Source: an uncultured Methanomicrobiaceae archaeon (GTDB lineage Archaea; Halobacteriota; Methanomicrobia; Methanomicrobiales; Methanoculleaceae). From it: a stretch of 64,000 nt of DNA. Positions 11,589-25,520 of the stretch are shown in pieces. The position numbers and the translations under genes are program-made. The DNA lies in the NCBI GenBank assembly GCA_963826525.1, contig CAWGXH010000004.1:896001-960000 (forward strand), in the 5' to 3' direction. The notes beneath the pieces were generated by a model. It saw only the letters and a list, made by a program, of their open reading frames with translations, had not been told where the DNA came from and searched no databases. Each line of letters begins with the position of its first letter. The first letter of the stretch is position 1.

Positions 11589-12038
11589 CTCATTCCCGTC
11601 TCATGGAGAGATCTAAGTGATGCTATATAACACTTTCTAATTTAGAAAGAAGATTAAATATCCCGATATCTTTTATTAACTGCTCTCTGCTCTCCTTTTT
11701 GGGCAGTTCTGCTGAATGGTCGGGAGAGCAGCAGAAGATGATTTTACGCACGGCGCCGGTGCAGTTCCCGGCCGAGAAGTGCGCTCTCCCGAAGTAGCCG
11801 GAGGTAATCTGGGGGGAGTGGCCTGGACCGTAATATTTATCACATCAGCATCGCTACCCGTAGCGCCACAGACCTTTGCATCGGAATGCGTATGGTGCCG
11901 GATGGCCGGATGAACCGCTCTTATTCCGGGAGCAGGGCTGAAAACGAAGGAGGCAGCGCGATCCGGGTATATCCGATTCGATATTGATATATGGTGCGAG
12001 GTGTATATGTCCTTGTATAACGCTTGGGGTTTATCCGT

Positions 12039-12416
12039 ATGACTAACCATCCATCCTCGAAAGAGAAGGCTCAATCGTACATCGAGGAGATCCGATCCAT
12101 CAGCGGCGTGGTTGCCTGTGCTCTTGTATCACAGGATGGGTTTGTTATGGGCAAGTATTCCCGGGATAACGGGCAGACTCCCTCGCTGTTCGCAGCAATG
12201 AGTGCAACTATTTTTGCGTCGGCAGAAGCTGCTGCGAGTGCTGTCCAGATCAGTTCCCCCTCGTCAATCATGGTTACTACGGCAGATGCCACGATTCTGG
12301 TCGTATGTGTAGGGAGCGAGGCACTCATCACGGCGGTTGTTGAAAAAACCGCAAATCCTGCAGCGGTCTGTGAGCAGCTTACGACGGTTGCAGTCAAGAT
12401 TGGGGAGGAGATATAA
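12039..12416 (+). CDS. Roadblock/LC7 (MglB-like) domain protein
   Basis: I.GV..CALVS.DG and AAMSAT pattern, ~125 aa. Confidence 0.85.
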   Translation: MTNHPSSKEKAQSYIEEIRSISGVVACALVSQDGFVMGKYSRDNGQTPSLFAAMSATIFASAEAAASAVQISSPSSIMVTTADATILVVCVGSEALITAVVEKTANPAAVCEQLTTVAVKIGEEI

Positions 12417-13048
12417 TGTATACGATACTGGTCGTTGATGATAGTCCGATGATCGTCGACGTATTCGTGACGATGCTTGAGCGGGGGGGATACCGGCCAA
12501 TAACTGCATACAGTGGAGAAGAAGCGTTATCGGTCTTACAGGAGGCCACGCCAGATCTGATACTGCTCGACATCATGATGGAGCCGATGGACGGATGGGA
12601 GACGCTCGAGAATCTCAAGGGCAATCTTTCAACAAAGAATATCCCTGTTCTCATGCTGACGGCAAAACCCCTGACGCCGGAAGAAGCAAAGGAATACGGC
12701 GTATATATTGAAGACTATATCCTCAAACCGACGACGCACCACCAACTCTACGATGCAATAGAACATGTCCTTCAGCGCCGCCACTCCATCACTGCGGACA
12801 TCGAGCGTGCACGACAGGCCGGCGTCGACCAGCGGATCATCGATGAGTTCGAGCGTCTCAGCAAGAGCGTGGATATCAATAAGCGCCTCCTGAAGATCCT
12901 TGAGACCACCTACAGCATCAAGGACGCTAAAGTGGGGATGGGCGAGAATATCACGCGTGCCATCAAGAGCATGGCAACCAGTATCAAACTGCAGGAAGAA
13001 CGCCTGCACCAGATCCGGGGCGAGTTCACCGTCTTCGCGGAACAATAA
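12416..13048 (+). CDS. Response regulator receiver with C-terminal helical extension
   Basis: VVDD, LLDIMM (phospho-Asp), LTAK, KP; start overlaps roadblock stop. Confidence 0.92.
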   Translation: MYTILVVDDSPMIVDVFVTMLERGGYRPITAYSGEEALSVLQEATPDLILLDIMMEPMDGWETLENLKGNLSTKNIPVLMLTAKPLTPEEAKEYGVYIEDYILKPTTHHQLYDAIEHVLQRRHSITADIERARQAGVDQRIIDEFERLSKSVDINKRLLKILETTYSIKDAKVGMGENITRAIKSMATSIKLQEERLHQIRGEFTVFAEQ

Positions 13049-13066
13049 AATCCGGCTCTCTTCTTC

Positions 13067-13516
13067 TTATTCTTCCCCCGCCGCGCCGTGGCCGAAGCAC
13101 CGCTCCTGTCTTCCTATGTAGACGATGGCGATCGTCAGGACGAGGATGGCGACGATGGTAAGCGCCACATCGGCTGCCTCCACGGGTTCAACGCCGAACG
13201 TCAGGATGCGCCGTACCATAGCGGTCATGGCAGCGATCAGGATGGGGGTGACCTGGAGCCGGTTGGTCTTGAAGTAGAGCGTGACCGTATCCAGGAGCTC
13301 GATAATGATGATGGTGACGAGGAGCGCGTGCAGAACGGCAAGGACGCCGAGTGTGGTGTCCTTCGTTGTGATGACTTCAAGGATGAGCTGCGCTACATCA
13401 TAGAACGATAGTACTGCGAGGACAGACAGCGCGATGGCGATCGCAAGATAGATGCCCATCGTCACGTTCGACAGGGCCGAGATGATCGTATTGACACGGT
13501 GGTTTTTCATCGTCAC
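13067..13516 (-). CDS. PsiE-family membrane protein
   Basis: 4 TM; IIIELL.TV..Y and A.TA.VRRI pattern. Confidence 0.8.
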   Translation of the reverse strand: MTMKNHRVNTIISALSNVTMGIYLAIAIALSVLAVLSFYDVAQLILEVITTKDTTLGVLAVLHALLVTIIIIELLDTVTLYFKTNRLQVTPILIAAMTAMVRRILTFGVEPVEAADVALTIVAILVLTIAIVYIGRQERCFGHGAAGEE

Positions 13517-13707
13517 GGGACCCCTCCTTGATGAGCGTTCTCTGAAGAGTAGAACTCCTGGAATGGCATTAAATATTCCGGTACGCCGGGAAACCGGATT
13601 CGGACATAAAGATTTATATGATTATACGGTGAATGATAAGATACGCACCTGAGTAAAGTTTTTATACTTTTCTTGCGTTGTAATAATGCTGTGATGGCAT
13701 ACGCGCG

Positions 13708-13781
13708 GGGCCTATAGCTCAGTTAGGTAGAGCGCCTGGCTTTTAACCAGGTGGTCGGGGGTTCAAATCCCCTTGGGCCCG
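13708..13781 (+). tRNA. tRNA-Lys(UUU)
   Basis: GGGCCTA/TGGGCCC acceptor, CCTGG-CTTTTAA-CCAGG anticodon arm, GGTTCAAATCC. Confidence 0.96.
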
Positions 13782-13861
13782 TTGCCATGGGCGTTGATCT
13801 GTGGTTTTTGTATAGGTGATGCATCTGATATGTGACTCTTTCGTCAGCGGGGTATAAAAGG

Positions 13862-14113
13862 ATGAGCACCTCATTTGACGTAATCAAACACTCGATGGTT
13901 CCTGACCATCAAATTATGAGCGAAGAAGAGGTAAAGTCGTTACTCTCCACGTACGAGATCTCTTTCGAGCAACTGCCAAAAATCTACCATGACGATCCAG
14001 CAGCCAAGGCCATCGGGGGCAATGTCGGGGATGTTATCAGGATAGTCCGTGAGAGCCGGACTGCTGGCAGAGCAGAGTCGTACCGTCTCGTCGTTAAGAG
14101 ACCAAAGAAATAA
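13862..14113 (+). CDS. rpoH: RNA polymerase subunit H (Rpo5)
   Basis: H.MVP.H, LPKI..DDP, GDVIRI.R.S.TAG. Confidence 0.96.
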   Translation: MSTSFDVIKHSMVPDHQIMSEEEVKSLLSTYEISFEQLPKIYHDDPAAKAIGGNVGDVIRIVRESRTAGRAESYRLVVKRPKK

Positions 14114-14136
14114 ATCCTGGCCGGGAGCTGATTTAT

Positions 14137-15696
14137 CTGATAGACAGAAGTGTATTGTCTAGAGCTTATTTTTCGCGGGAACACGTAGCACGACATCAAC
14201 TGGATTCTTATAATAATTTTCTCCTGCACAATCTTCAGAAAGTTGTTGACGAACAGCGGAAGATCGAGACCGATATCGAGACGCGTGGAAAGGGGAGGGA
14301 AGCCGTCTGGGTGGAACTCGGGACGATCGAGGTGAAGAAGCCGCTCGTCCGGGAGGCGGACGGTTCGCAGTCCGAGCTCTTCCCGAGTGAAGCACGCCTC
14401 CGGAACCTCACCTACGCTGCGCCCATCCAACTTGACATGACGCTTGTCCAGGGTGACGAGCGGCAGGAAGGGATCATAACCACCATCGGTCAGCTGCCGG
14501 TGATGATCGGTTCGGCAGCATGCAACCTCTACGGGATGAACGACGATGAGAGAACCGCGCAGGGTGAAGACCCGCTCGACCCCGGCGGCTACTTCATCGT
14601 CAACGGTACCGAACGCGTCCTGATGACGCTTGAGGACCTCGCATCCAACAAGATCATGACCGAGTTTACCGAGCGCTATAACGAGCGGATCTATGTCGCC
14701 AAGGTATTCTCGCAGTACCGGGGCTACCGCGCGCTCGTTATCGTGGAACGGAACCGCAAAAACCTGCTCGAGGTCTCGTTCCCCTCGGTCGCCGGTCACC
14801 TGCGGTTCATCGATCTGATGCGGGCGCTCGGCCTTCCCGGCGACCATGACATCGTCGAGGCTGTCTCTACGGACGAGGAGATCCTCACATTCATGATGCA
14901 GAACCTGGAGGAGAGCGAGTGCGATACCGTCGAGGAGGGTGTCATGTATGTCGGGAAGAAACTTGCTCCAAACCAGACGCGCGACTACCAGCGGAAGCGT
15001 GCGGAGTTCGTCCTTGACAACTACCTGCTGCCGCACCTCAACTACCTGCTGCCGATCGGCCTCAAAGAGGAGGATCCCGGCTACCGGCAGACGGTTGAAG
15101 AGGTCAGGCTGGCAAAGGCACACTTCCTCGGCCGTATGGCTGAAGCCTGCTTCGATCTCGTCCTCGACCGACGCCGTACCGACGACAAGGACCACTACTC
15201 GAACAAGCGCTTGAAACTCGCCGGCGACCTTATGGAAGACCTTTTCCGTATCTCATTAAACCGCCTCACGAGGGATGTCAAGTACCAGCTTGAGCGCGCC
15301 AGCATGCGGCACCGCGATCTCTCCATCAGCACGGCCGTCCGTGCCGATGTCCTCACCGAGCGGCTGCTCCATCCGCTCGCTACCGGTAACTGGGTGGGTG
15401 GCAGGACGGGTGTCTCCCAGCTCCTCGACCGTGTCGACCACATGGCCGTGCTCTCGCACCTGCGCCGTGTGATCTCTCCCCTTTCCCGCTCGCAGCCGCA
15501 TTTCGAGGCACGTGACCTGCACCCTACCCAGTGGGGCCGTATCTGTCCGAGCGAGACGCCGGAGGGTCCGAACTGTGGTCTCGTGAAGAACTTCGCCCAG
15601 ATGGTCGAGATCAGCAAGGGCGTTCTGGATGAAGAGGAAGTAAAGAACATTCTGTTTGATTCGGGTGTTATCGCCCTCCGGAGGGAAACCGTATGA
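14137..15696 (+). CDS. rpoB2: RNA polymerase subunit B'' (Rpo2N); start CTG 14137 or TTG 14155
   Basis: [27 protein letters not shown]. Confidence 0.96.
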   Translation: MIDRSVLSRAYFSREHVARHQLDSYNNFLLHNLQKVVDEQRKIETDIETRGKGREAVWVELGTIEVKKPLVREADGSQSELFPSEARLRNLTYAAPIQLDMTLVQGDERQEGIITTIGQLPVMIGSAACNLYGMNDDERTAQGEDPLDPGGYFIVNGTERVLMTLEDLASNKIMTEFTERYNERIYVAKVFSQYRGYRALVIVERNRKNLLEVSFPSVAGHLRFIDLMRALGLPGDHDIVEAVSTDEEILTFMMQNLEESECDTVEEGVMYVGKKLAPNQTRDYQRKRAEFVLDNYLLPHLNYLLPIGLKEEDPGYRQTVEEVRLAKAHFLGRMAEACFDLVLDRRRTDDKDHYSNKRLKLAGDLMEDLFRISLNRLTRDVKYQLERASMRHRDLSISTAVRADVLTERLLHPLATGNWVGGRTGVSQLLDRVDHMAVLSHLRRVISPLSRSQPHFEARDLHPTQWGRICPSETPEGPNCGLVKNFAQMVEISKGVLDEEEVKNILFDSGVIALRRETV

Positions 15697-17507
15697 AGAT
15701 GTCACGCGTGTTCGTTGACGGAGCACTCATAGGCCTCGTAGAGGACCCGGTTGCCCTCGTCGCGAACACCAGGCGTATGCGCAGGCGAGGCGAGATCTCG
15801 ACGGAGATCAACGTCTCCTATAAAGCGTTCAACAACGACGTGATCGTTCACACCGATCGGGGACGGGCCCGGCGCCCGCTGATCATCGTCGAGAACGGTA
15901 AAACGCACGTCACCCCCGAAGATATCGAGCGGCTCAGGGCCGGCGAGATAGACTTTAACGACTTTGTGAAGAGAGGCGTCATTGAGTTCATCGATGCTGA
16001 GGAAGAGGAGGACCTCTTTATCGCCATCACCGAGGATGCCCTCACTCCCGAGCATACGCACCTTGAGATTGATCCTGCGCTTATCCTTGGGATTGGTGCC
16101 GCCCACGTGCCGTTTCCCGAGCACAACGCCAGTCCGCGTGTCACCATGGGTGCAGGAATGGTTAAGCAGGCGCTTGGGTTTGCCGCGGCGAATATGAAGC
16201 TCCGGCCCGATACTCGTGGTCATATGCTCCACTACGTCCAAAAACCTCTCACCTACACGCAGACCTCCGATGTCATCGGCTCCGATGACCGGCCTGCCGG
16301 CCAGAACTTCGTCGTGGCGATCATCAGCTACGAGGGGTTCAATATTGAGGATGCGCTCATCATCAATAGAGCCTCCATCGATCGAGGTGTCGGGAGATCC
16401 CACTTCTTCCGCACCTACGACGGTGAAGAACGCCGCTATCCAGGCGGGCAGGTCGACCGGATCGGGATCCCGGACGAAGAAGTCTCGGGCGCGCATGGAA
16501 CCGAGTATTACGCGAACCTGGACGAGGACGGCGTCATCAGCCCCGAGACGATAGTCCGGGAGAAGGATGTCATCATCGGAAAGACCTCGCCGCCGAGGTT
16601 CCTTGAAGAGCCGACGAGCGAACTGATCGCCGTTGAGAAGCGGCGGGATACCTCCGTTACGATGCGGAGCAACGAGCACGGTATCGTCGATACGGTCATC
16701 ATCACCGAGGGAGAGAACAGCTCGCGCCTTGTGAAGGTGCGCACACGGGATCTCCGTGTTCCCGAGGTGGGAGACAAGTTTGCCTCACGACACGGCCAGA
16801 AGGGTGTCATCGGTCTCATCCAGCCTCAGGAGGATATGCCCTTCACCGAGTCGGGCATGACTCCCGACCTCATCATCAACCCCCACGCCGTTCCGAGCCG
16901 TATGACTATCGGGCACATGCTCGAGATGCTCGGCGGCAAGGTGGGCAGCCTCGAAGGTCATCGGATCAACGCGACGGCATTCCGCGGCGAGCGTGAAGCG
17001 CCGATGCGTGAGTCGCTCAAGGAACTTGGTTTCTCTCACACCGGGCGCGAAGTGATGTACGACGGTATCACCGGAAGGCGCTTCGCCGCCGATATTTACA
17101 TCGGCGTGATCTACTACCAGAAACTCTACCACATGGTCTCGAGCAAGATGCACGCCCGTTCACGCGGTCCGGTGCAGGTGCTCACCCGTCAACCGACCGA
17201 GGGTCGTGCCCGTGAGGGTGGTCTCCGGTTTGGTGAGATGGAGCGCGACGTGATGATCGGTCACGGTGCTGCAATGGCGCTCAAAGAGCGTCTCCTTGAC
17301 GAGTCCGATAAGGTCTCGGAGTGGGTCTGCGCCAAGTGCGGTATGGTGGCGATGCTTGACCGGAAGCGCAAGATCACCCGCTGTCTCGCCTGCGGCGGCG
17401 AGACCGATATCTACTCGGTCGAGATGAGCTATGCGTTCAAGCTGCTGCTTGACGAGATGAAGAGTATGGGCATTGCTCCCCGCCTGCGGCTCGAAGATAT
17501 GGTATAA
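15693..17507 (+). CDS. rpoB1: RNA polymerase subunit B' (Rpo2C)
   Basis: [22 protein letters not shown]-terminal Zn finger. Confidence 0.97.
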   Translation: MKMSRVFVDGALIGLVEDPVALVANTRRMRRRGEISTEINVSYKAFNNDVIVHTDRGRARRPLIIVENGKTHVTPEDIERLRAGEIDFNDFVKRGVIEFIDAEEEEDLFIAITEDALTPEHTHLEIDPALILGIGAAHVPFPEHNASPRVTMGAGMVKQALGFAAANMKLRPDTRGHMLHYVQKPLTYTQTSDVIGSDDRPAGQNFVVAIISYEGFNIEDALIINRASIDRGVGRSHFFRTYDGEERRYPGGQVDRIGIPDEEVSGAHGTEYYANLDEDGVISPETIVREKDVIIGKTSPPRFLEEPTSELIAVEKRRDTSVTMRSNEHGIVDTVIITEGENSSRLVKVRTRDLRVPEVGDKFASRHGQKGVIGLIQPQEDMPFTESGMTPDLIINPHAVPSRMTIGHMLEMLGGKVGSLEGHRINATAFRGEREAPMRESLKELGFSHTGREVMYDGITGRRFAADIYIGVIYYQKLYHMVSSKMHARSRGPVQVLTRQPTEGRAREGGLRFGEMERDVMIGHGAAMALKERLLDESDKVSEWVCAKCGMVAMLDRKRKITRCLACGGETDIYSVEMSYAFKLLLDEMKSMGIAPRLRLEDMV

Positions 17508-17524
17508 CGGGGGCGAAATACAGT

Positions 17525-21333
<3,809 letters not shown>

Positions 21334-21350
21334 AACGAGGAGAATCGTAA

Positions 21351-21641
21351 ATGGACTTTAATACTTCATTGCGCAAAGCTGTCAAAACAGGAAATGTGCT
21401 TCTTGGTCAGAACAAGACCAGGGACTGCGTCCAGGAAGGCAAGGCCAAGCTTGTTGTCGTGGCTGAAAACTGCCCTGGAAACTTTAAAACATTCATCAAC
21501 GAACAGAATGAGACGCCCGTCTATGTCTATAGCGGATCAAGCGTTCAGCTCGGTAAAGCATGCGGTATGCCCTTTGTCGTCAGCGCGCTCGCCGTCGTCG
21601 AGCCGGGAGAATCCGACATCCTGAATATCAAGAGAGTGTGA
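21351..21641 (+). CDS. rpl30e: 50S ribosomal protein L30e
   Basis: AVKTG.V.LG, LG.ACG.PF; conserved position in operon. Confidence 0.95.
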   Translation: MDFNTSLRKAVKTGNVLLGQNKTRDCVQEGKAKLVVVAENCPGNFKTFINEQNETPVYVYSGSSVQLGKACGMPFVVSALAVVEPGESDILNIKRV

Positions 21642-21642
21642 C

Positions 21643-22095
21643 ATGGCACAGGTTGTACTGACTGAAGAGTGCATGCGTCTCATCTCACAGTTTGAGAGCC
21701 TCACCGGAGCGGGGAGCCGTGACTGTATCGTAGACGACCGCAACGAACGTATCATCTTTGTGATCAACCCCGGTGATATGGGGCTTGCTATCGGAAAGAG
21801 CGGTGCAAGCATCAAGAAAGCCTCCGAAGCGATGGGCAAGCGGATAGAAGTCGTCGAGTACACAAGCGATCCCGGCCAGTTCTTAAAGAACTGTTTCCTC
21901 CCTGCACAGGTTACCGGCATTGACTTTGACGAGGGTGATGAGGACGGCGAATGCGTCGCCATCGTCGACGTCAGGGATGAGGACCGGGGTCTTGCCATCG
22001 GCAAGGCCGGGAAGAACATCTTCAAGGCGAAGATCCTTGCCCAGCGGCAGCATAACATCGCCGACGTTCAGCTCGCCCAGAATAGCGATGCCTGA
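21643..22095 (+). CDS. nusA: Archaeal NusA (two KH domains)
   Basis: Two AIGK.G.I KH motifs. Confidence 0.95.
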   Translation: MAQVVLTEECMRLISQFESLTGAGSRDCIVDDRNERIIFVINPGDMGLAIGKSGASIKKASEAMGKRIEVVEYTSDPGQFLKNCFLPAQVTGIDFDEGDEDGECVAIVDVRDEDRGLAIGKAGKNIFKAKILAQRQHNIADVQLAQNSDA

Positions 22096-22354
22096 TTCTA
22101 TCTTCTTTTTTCCCCTGTCGATCTTCGGCCGGTGAAGATTCCGGGATCCTTGCTCATGTCTGACAGGTCACGGGACAGGGTTATGTTCCCCGTGCAGTAT
22201 ACTCTCTCTTGTATACTGCGTAAATTATATATATCTTGATATGCCTCATCTGCATTCGGTGCAGGCAGGCTGTGCATCCGATGTTTCATCTATTATCAGG
22301 GAGTAATTTCACCGTTCCTCCGATGTGTCCTGCCGAGCGAAGACGGGACTGTGT

Positions 22355-24352
22355 ATGATCAGACTGCTTGCGATACTATCGGCACTTATCGTGGTATCCG
22401 GGATAACGGTTGCCCCGGGCGAGACCTCGCCGAGCTACGGGATGGAGATACCTACGCTCTCCGACGGAGTCGCCGTTCTCTCTCTGTACCTTCCCTCCTG
22501 CATGATTCTGCAGGCAACCTCCTCTCTGACCGAGGCTCTCATCGTGACTGATGATGGGGATAGTGAGGCTCTCATTGCGACTGATGATGGGGATAGCGAG
22601 GATCTCATTGCGACTGATGATGGGGATAGCGAGGATCTCATTGCGACTGATGATGGGGATAGCGAGGATCTCATTGCGACTGATGATGGGGATAGCGAGG
22701 ATCTCATTGCGACTGATGATGGGGATAGCGAGAATGATGAGAACGCTCGCGTTCAGCATGACCGAGCACCAGAGTCCTCTGACAAGATCCATAAGCAAAA
22801 GCCGGAAAAGCCGGAAAAGCCGGAACGTGACACTCCTTCGCCGACTGAGCAGCCAACGCTGGAATCCACTCCCTCTCCGAGCCCGTCCCCTACTGTGACG
22901 CCGACCACGGAGCCCACGACTTCCGTGCCCACCACAGAGCTTTCGCCCCCTCCTATAACCGCGGCAACCCCGGAGGTGCCGACGGCAAAGCCACCTACGA
23001 CGACCCCCCAGACGTCTTCTCCTACCACGATTCCGACGACAGAACCTACTGAAGCAGCGACCACGGCTCCGACCGTTACGCTGTCAACAACGCCGCCGAC
23101 CTCCGCCCCATCGACGGCCACGCCGACGATAACCCCGACGGAGACTGTGACGACACTTGCCCCTACGACAGGTACACCTACGGGAGCAGCCACTACGCCT
23201 TCGACGACCGCCCCGACGGAGACATCCACCCCGGCTCCGACGATCACTCCGGGAGAGGAGGCGTCAACCGGGACCCCGACAGGAACTCAGGCTCCCCTCC
23301 TGGAAGGGACACCCGATCCGGAAGCTATCATCGGTGATCTCCAGGACCCGGTTCAGTCATCGTCCGGCGGCGGCAGTTCCACTCTCCGGAGTTCGGATCC
23401 TCCTCTCGCTGCAACACCGGGCATGCCCTCCGGTCAGCACCCTGCGGTCAGGGAATCTTCGAGCCCGGCGACGTCTGCACCGGTCTCTGCTGCCGAGGCC
23501 CCGGTCAACCTGCCGGGAGCGGATCTGGGCATTCTCCAGATCAGGGGCGTCGGCATCTATGAGTCGAATACGCCGGATACGGTGGCAATAACGGTCAACG
23601 GCACGAAGGTAGGATACCTTGCCCGGTTACTCGACGACTCTATGAGAACTCCGGGTCTTCAGCCACGGGTAGCGTTCGAAGAGAGGACGTTCACCGTATC
23701 GGTGACGCTCGAGGCGAGGAACATATCGTTTTCGGAGAGCACCCCGGTATATGTTGTCCTCATCCCCCCTCCGGAAGAGACCGGTATCTATCGGATAACC
23801 CGGACAGCAGCACCCGAAACCCTCGCGGCGGGTGAACGGAACGTCTGGCGGTTCGCGGTCACCCCGCTCTCCGCGAGGCTGATGCTCGAGAACCTGACTT
23901 CGGTGGAGACGACGGGGATCACTAACCTGACCGGATACCCCGATCTCTTCACCTTCCGGGTGGTCGCTTTCACCGATGCATACGACGAGATCATGACCGC
24001 TGCATCCGACCCAATCATCTCAGTCCGGCCGGCGGCGGCAGGTGTTGCGGCTGCTGTCCATCCCGACTACTACGGCCTGCTGGAGGTCGAGACTCCGGCA
24101 CTGCAGCCCTCCGAGACGTTAAATGACGCCTGGCTGCGGGGAGTCGGTGAAGTCGAGATACTGAATACCTCCGGTACGAATCTTGCGGTGATACGAAACC
24201 TCGGAAGAGAAGACTTAAAGCGCATCTACATCGCCGAGTCGCCTGCGTCGGCGCTCCGGGAGCTCGGTATGTCGCCCTTCGATGCGATCGCGACCGCTCT
24301 TGCAGGCACGGTGGCGTGGCTCCAGAGTACCTTGCATGCCCTCTTCGGTTGA
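22355..24352 (+). CDS. Putative secreted/surface protein with acidic repeats and Thr/Pro-rich linker
   Basis: Hydrophobic N-terminus, 6x 11-aa acidic repeat, long T/P/S region, globular C-terminal part. Confidence 0.7.
   Translation: MIRLLAILSALIVVSGITVAPGETSPSYGMEIPTLSDGVAVLSLYLPSCMILQATSSLTEALIVTDDGDSEALIATDDGDSEDLIATDDGDSEDLIATDDGDSEDLIATDDGDSEDLIATDDGDSENDENARVQHDRAPESSDKIHKQKPEKPEKPERDTPSPTEQPTLESTPSPSPSPTVTPTTEPTTSVPTTELSPPPITAATPEVPTAKPPTTTPQTSSPTTIPTTEPTEAATTAPTVTLSTTPPTSAPSTATPTITPTETVTTLAPTTGTPTGAATTPSTTAPTETSTPAPTITPGEEASTGTPTGTQAPLLEGTPDPEAIIGDLQDPVQSSSGGGSSTLRSSDPPLAATPGMPSGQHPAVRESSSPATSAPVSAAEAPVNLPGADLGILQIRGVGIYESNTPDTVAITVNGTKVGYLARLLDDSMRTPGLQPRVAFEERTFTVSVTLEARNISFSESTPVYVVLIPPPEETGIYRITRTAAPETLAAGERNVWRFAVTPLSARLMLENLTSVETTGITNLTGYPDLFTFRVVAFTDAYDEIMTAASDPIISVRPAAAGVAAAVHPDYYGLLEVETPALQPSETLNDAWLRGVGEVEILNTSGTNLAVIRNLGREDLKRIYIAESPASALRELGMSPFDAIATALAGTVAWLQSTLHALFG
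22532..22729 (+). repeat. Tandem repeat, 6 x 33 bp (GAGGATCTCATTGCGACTGATGATGGGGATAGC)
   Basis: Directly visible; last four copies identical, first two diverged; encodes EDLIATDDGDS. Confidence 0.97.
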
Positions 24353-24383
24353 ATGCGGGGATCCCCCCGCGGTATTCTCGACA

Positions 24384-25415
24384 TCACCCTCTTCTGAAGA
24401 GGTTCCAGACCTTCAGGAGCCCGAAACACCCGGTCAGCATCATGTCTCCGTAGGGGGCGGCCTGGTAGGCGTCCGGGAGGAGGCGCTGGCGGTTCGGGCC
24501 GGTGACGGCGACGATCTCGGTAAGAAGTGGTTCTCTGACTGCCGCTCCGTGCCCGCCGTCCTCGAATATCTCCTCGTTCGTCAGGAGACCGTTCGCTAGC
24601 TTCCATAGGTAGTGCTGCAGTTTGTGCGGGTCGAGCGATGCGGTGTGGTGCTCGAAGAAGCCGTAGATTTCGTCGCCCTTCAGCGTGCAGCAGAGGGTGT
24701 GGCCGTTGCCGGCGTTTACCAGGATGATACCGTCCTCGGCCCGTGCACGCACCCATGGGTCTTCGAGCGCCCCAATCAGGGCGACCGGGCCGGTATCGGT
24801 CACAAGAGATCCCGGAGCCTGTCTCCGGATTGCGGCCATTCTGGTCATATCAGGCAACGGCGGATCCTCAACGAGGGATTGAAGCTGCCAGTCGCCTGCG
24901 TCGAGTCGTTCGCGGAGGAGCTCGAACCGCCGGAGCCGGTTGCTGCGGTGTGGCGAGTAGCCGTGATCCTGGACGGCTATCGCGAGCCTTTCCGGATACG
25001 CCACTGCAAACATCCCAAGCGTCGTCCGAAGCTCCTCCGCCATGTAGTCGGTCAGCGAGATCGGGACGGCGCCGGATGGGCGGCTGTGAACTATCTGCAC
25101 GCCAAGCGATCTAACCCGATCGAGATCGTCGTGGATGGTCGCCGCCGCCTCGTCGGTCGCGTAGACGGCAAGCCCTGCCGCGAGGTGCTCGCGCACCGCC
25201 GCGACGTTCGCTCCGCCGCCCATTAGGTAGCCCTCCAGAAACACTGCCTCTTCGAGACGGCGAGCCCGCCGGATCGCCTCCGCCACCACGACGGTCGGGG
25301 ACGGGAGCACGAGTTTGATGCTGTTCTCCAGAGGCCGGCCGGGTTCGTATACCATAATATCCTGTGTACCCCTGCCGATGTCGATGGCAAGAAGGGGAGT
25401 ATCAATATCGTTCAT
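24384..25415 (-). CDS. DUF1786 family protein (ASKHA-like motifs)
   Basis: AIDIG.GTQD, AVQDHG, VN.GNGHT, FEHHT. Confidence 0.85.
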   Translation of the reverse strand: MNDIDTPLLAIDIGRGTQDIMVYEPGRPLENSIKLVLPSPTVVVAEAIRRARRLEEAVFLEGYLMGGGANVAAVREHLAAGLAVYATDEAAATIHDDLDRVRSLGVQIVHSRPSGAVPISLTDYMAEELRTTLGMFAVAYPERLAIAVQDHGYSPHRSNRLRRFELLRERLDAGDWQLQSLVEDPPLPDMTRMAAIRRQAPGSLVTDTGPVALIGALEDPWVRARAEDGIILVNAGNGHTLCCTLKGDEIYGFFEHHTASLDPHKLQHYLWKLANGLLTNEEIFEDGGHGAAVREPLLTEIVAVTGPNRQRLLPDAYQAAPYGDMMLTGCFGLLKVWNLFRRG

Positions 25416-25520
25416 AATCCTCATCCACATCCCGGGATTGCCGCCCGCTCCTGCTCGGGTGATACTCATCCTCGTCCGGCCGGCCAGAAGAACCTATCGA
25501 AAAAAAGTACAACGGTGGTG

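Noticed and set aside
11676-12020. Short ORFs in the minD-roadblock intergenic region
   Set aside because: No motifs, SD or coding-like composition; likely divergent promoter DNA
13984-15195. Long antisense or alternate-frame ORFs (e.g. 13984-15195, 32767-34005, 48799-50316, 58723-60144)
   Set aside because: Shadows of real genes caused by high GC3 codon bias
22532-22729. Possible CRISPR array
   Set aside because: Head-to-tail 33-bp repeats with no spacers, in frame within a CDS, and no cas genes
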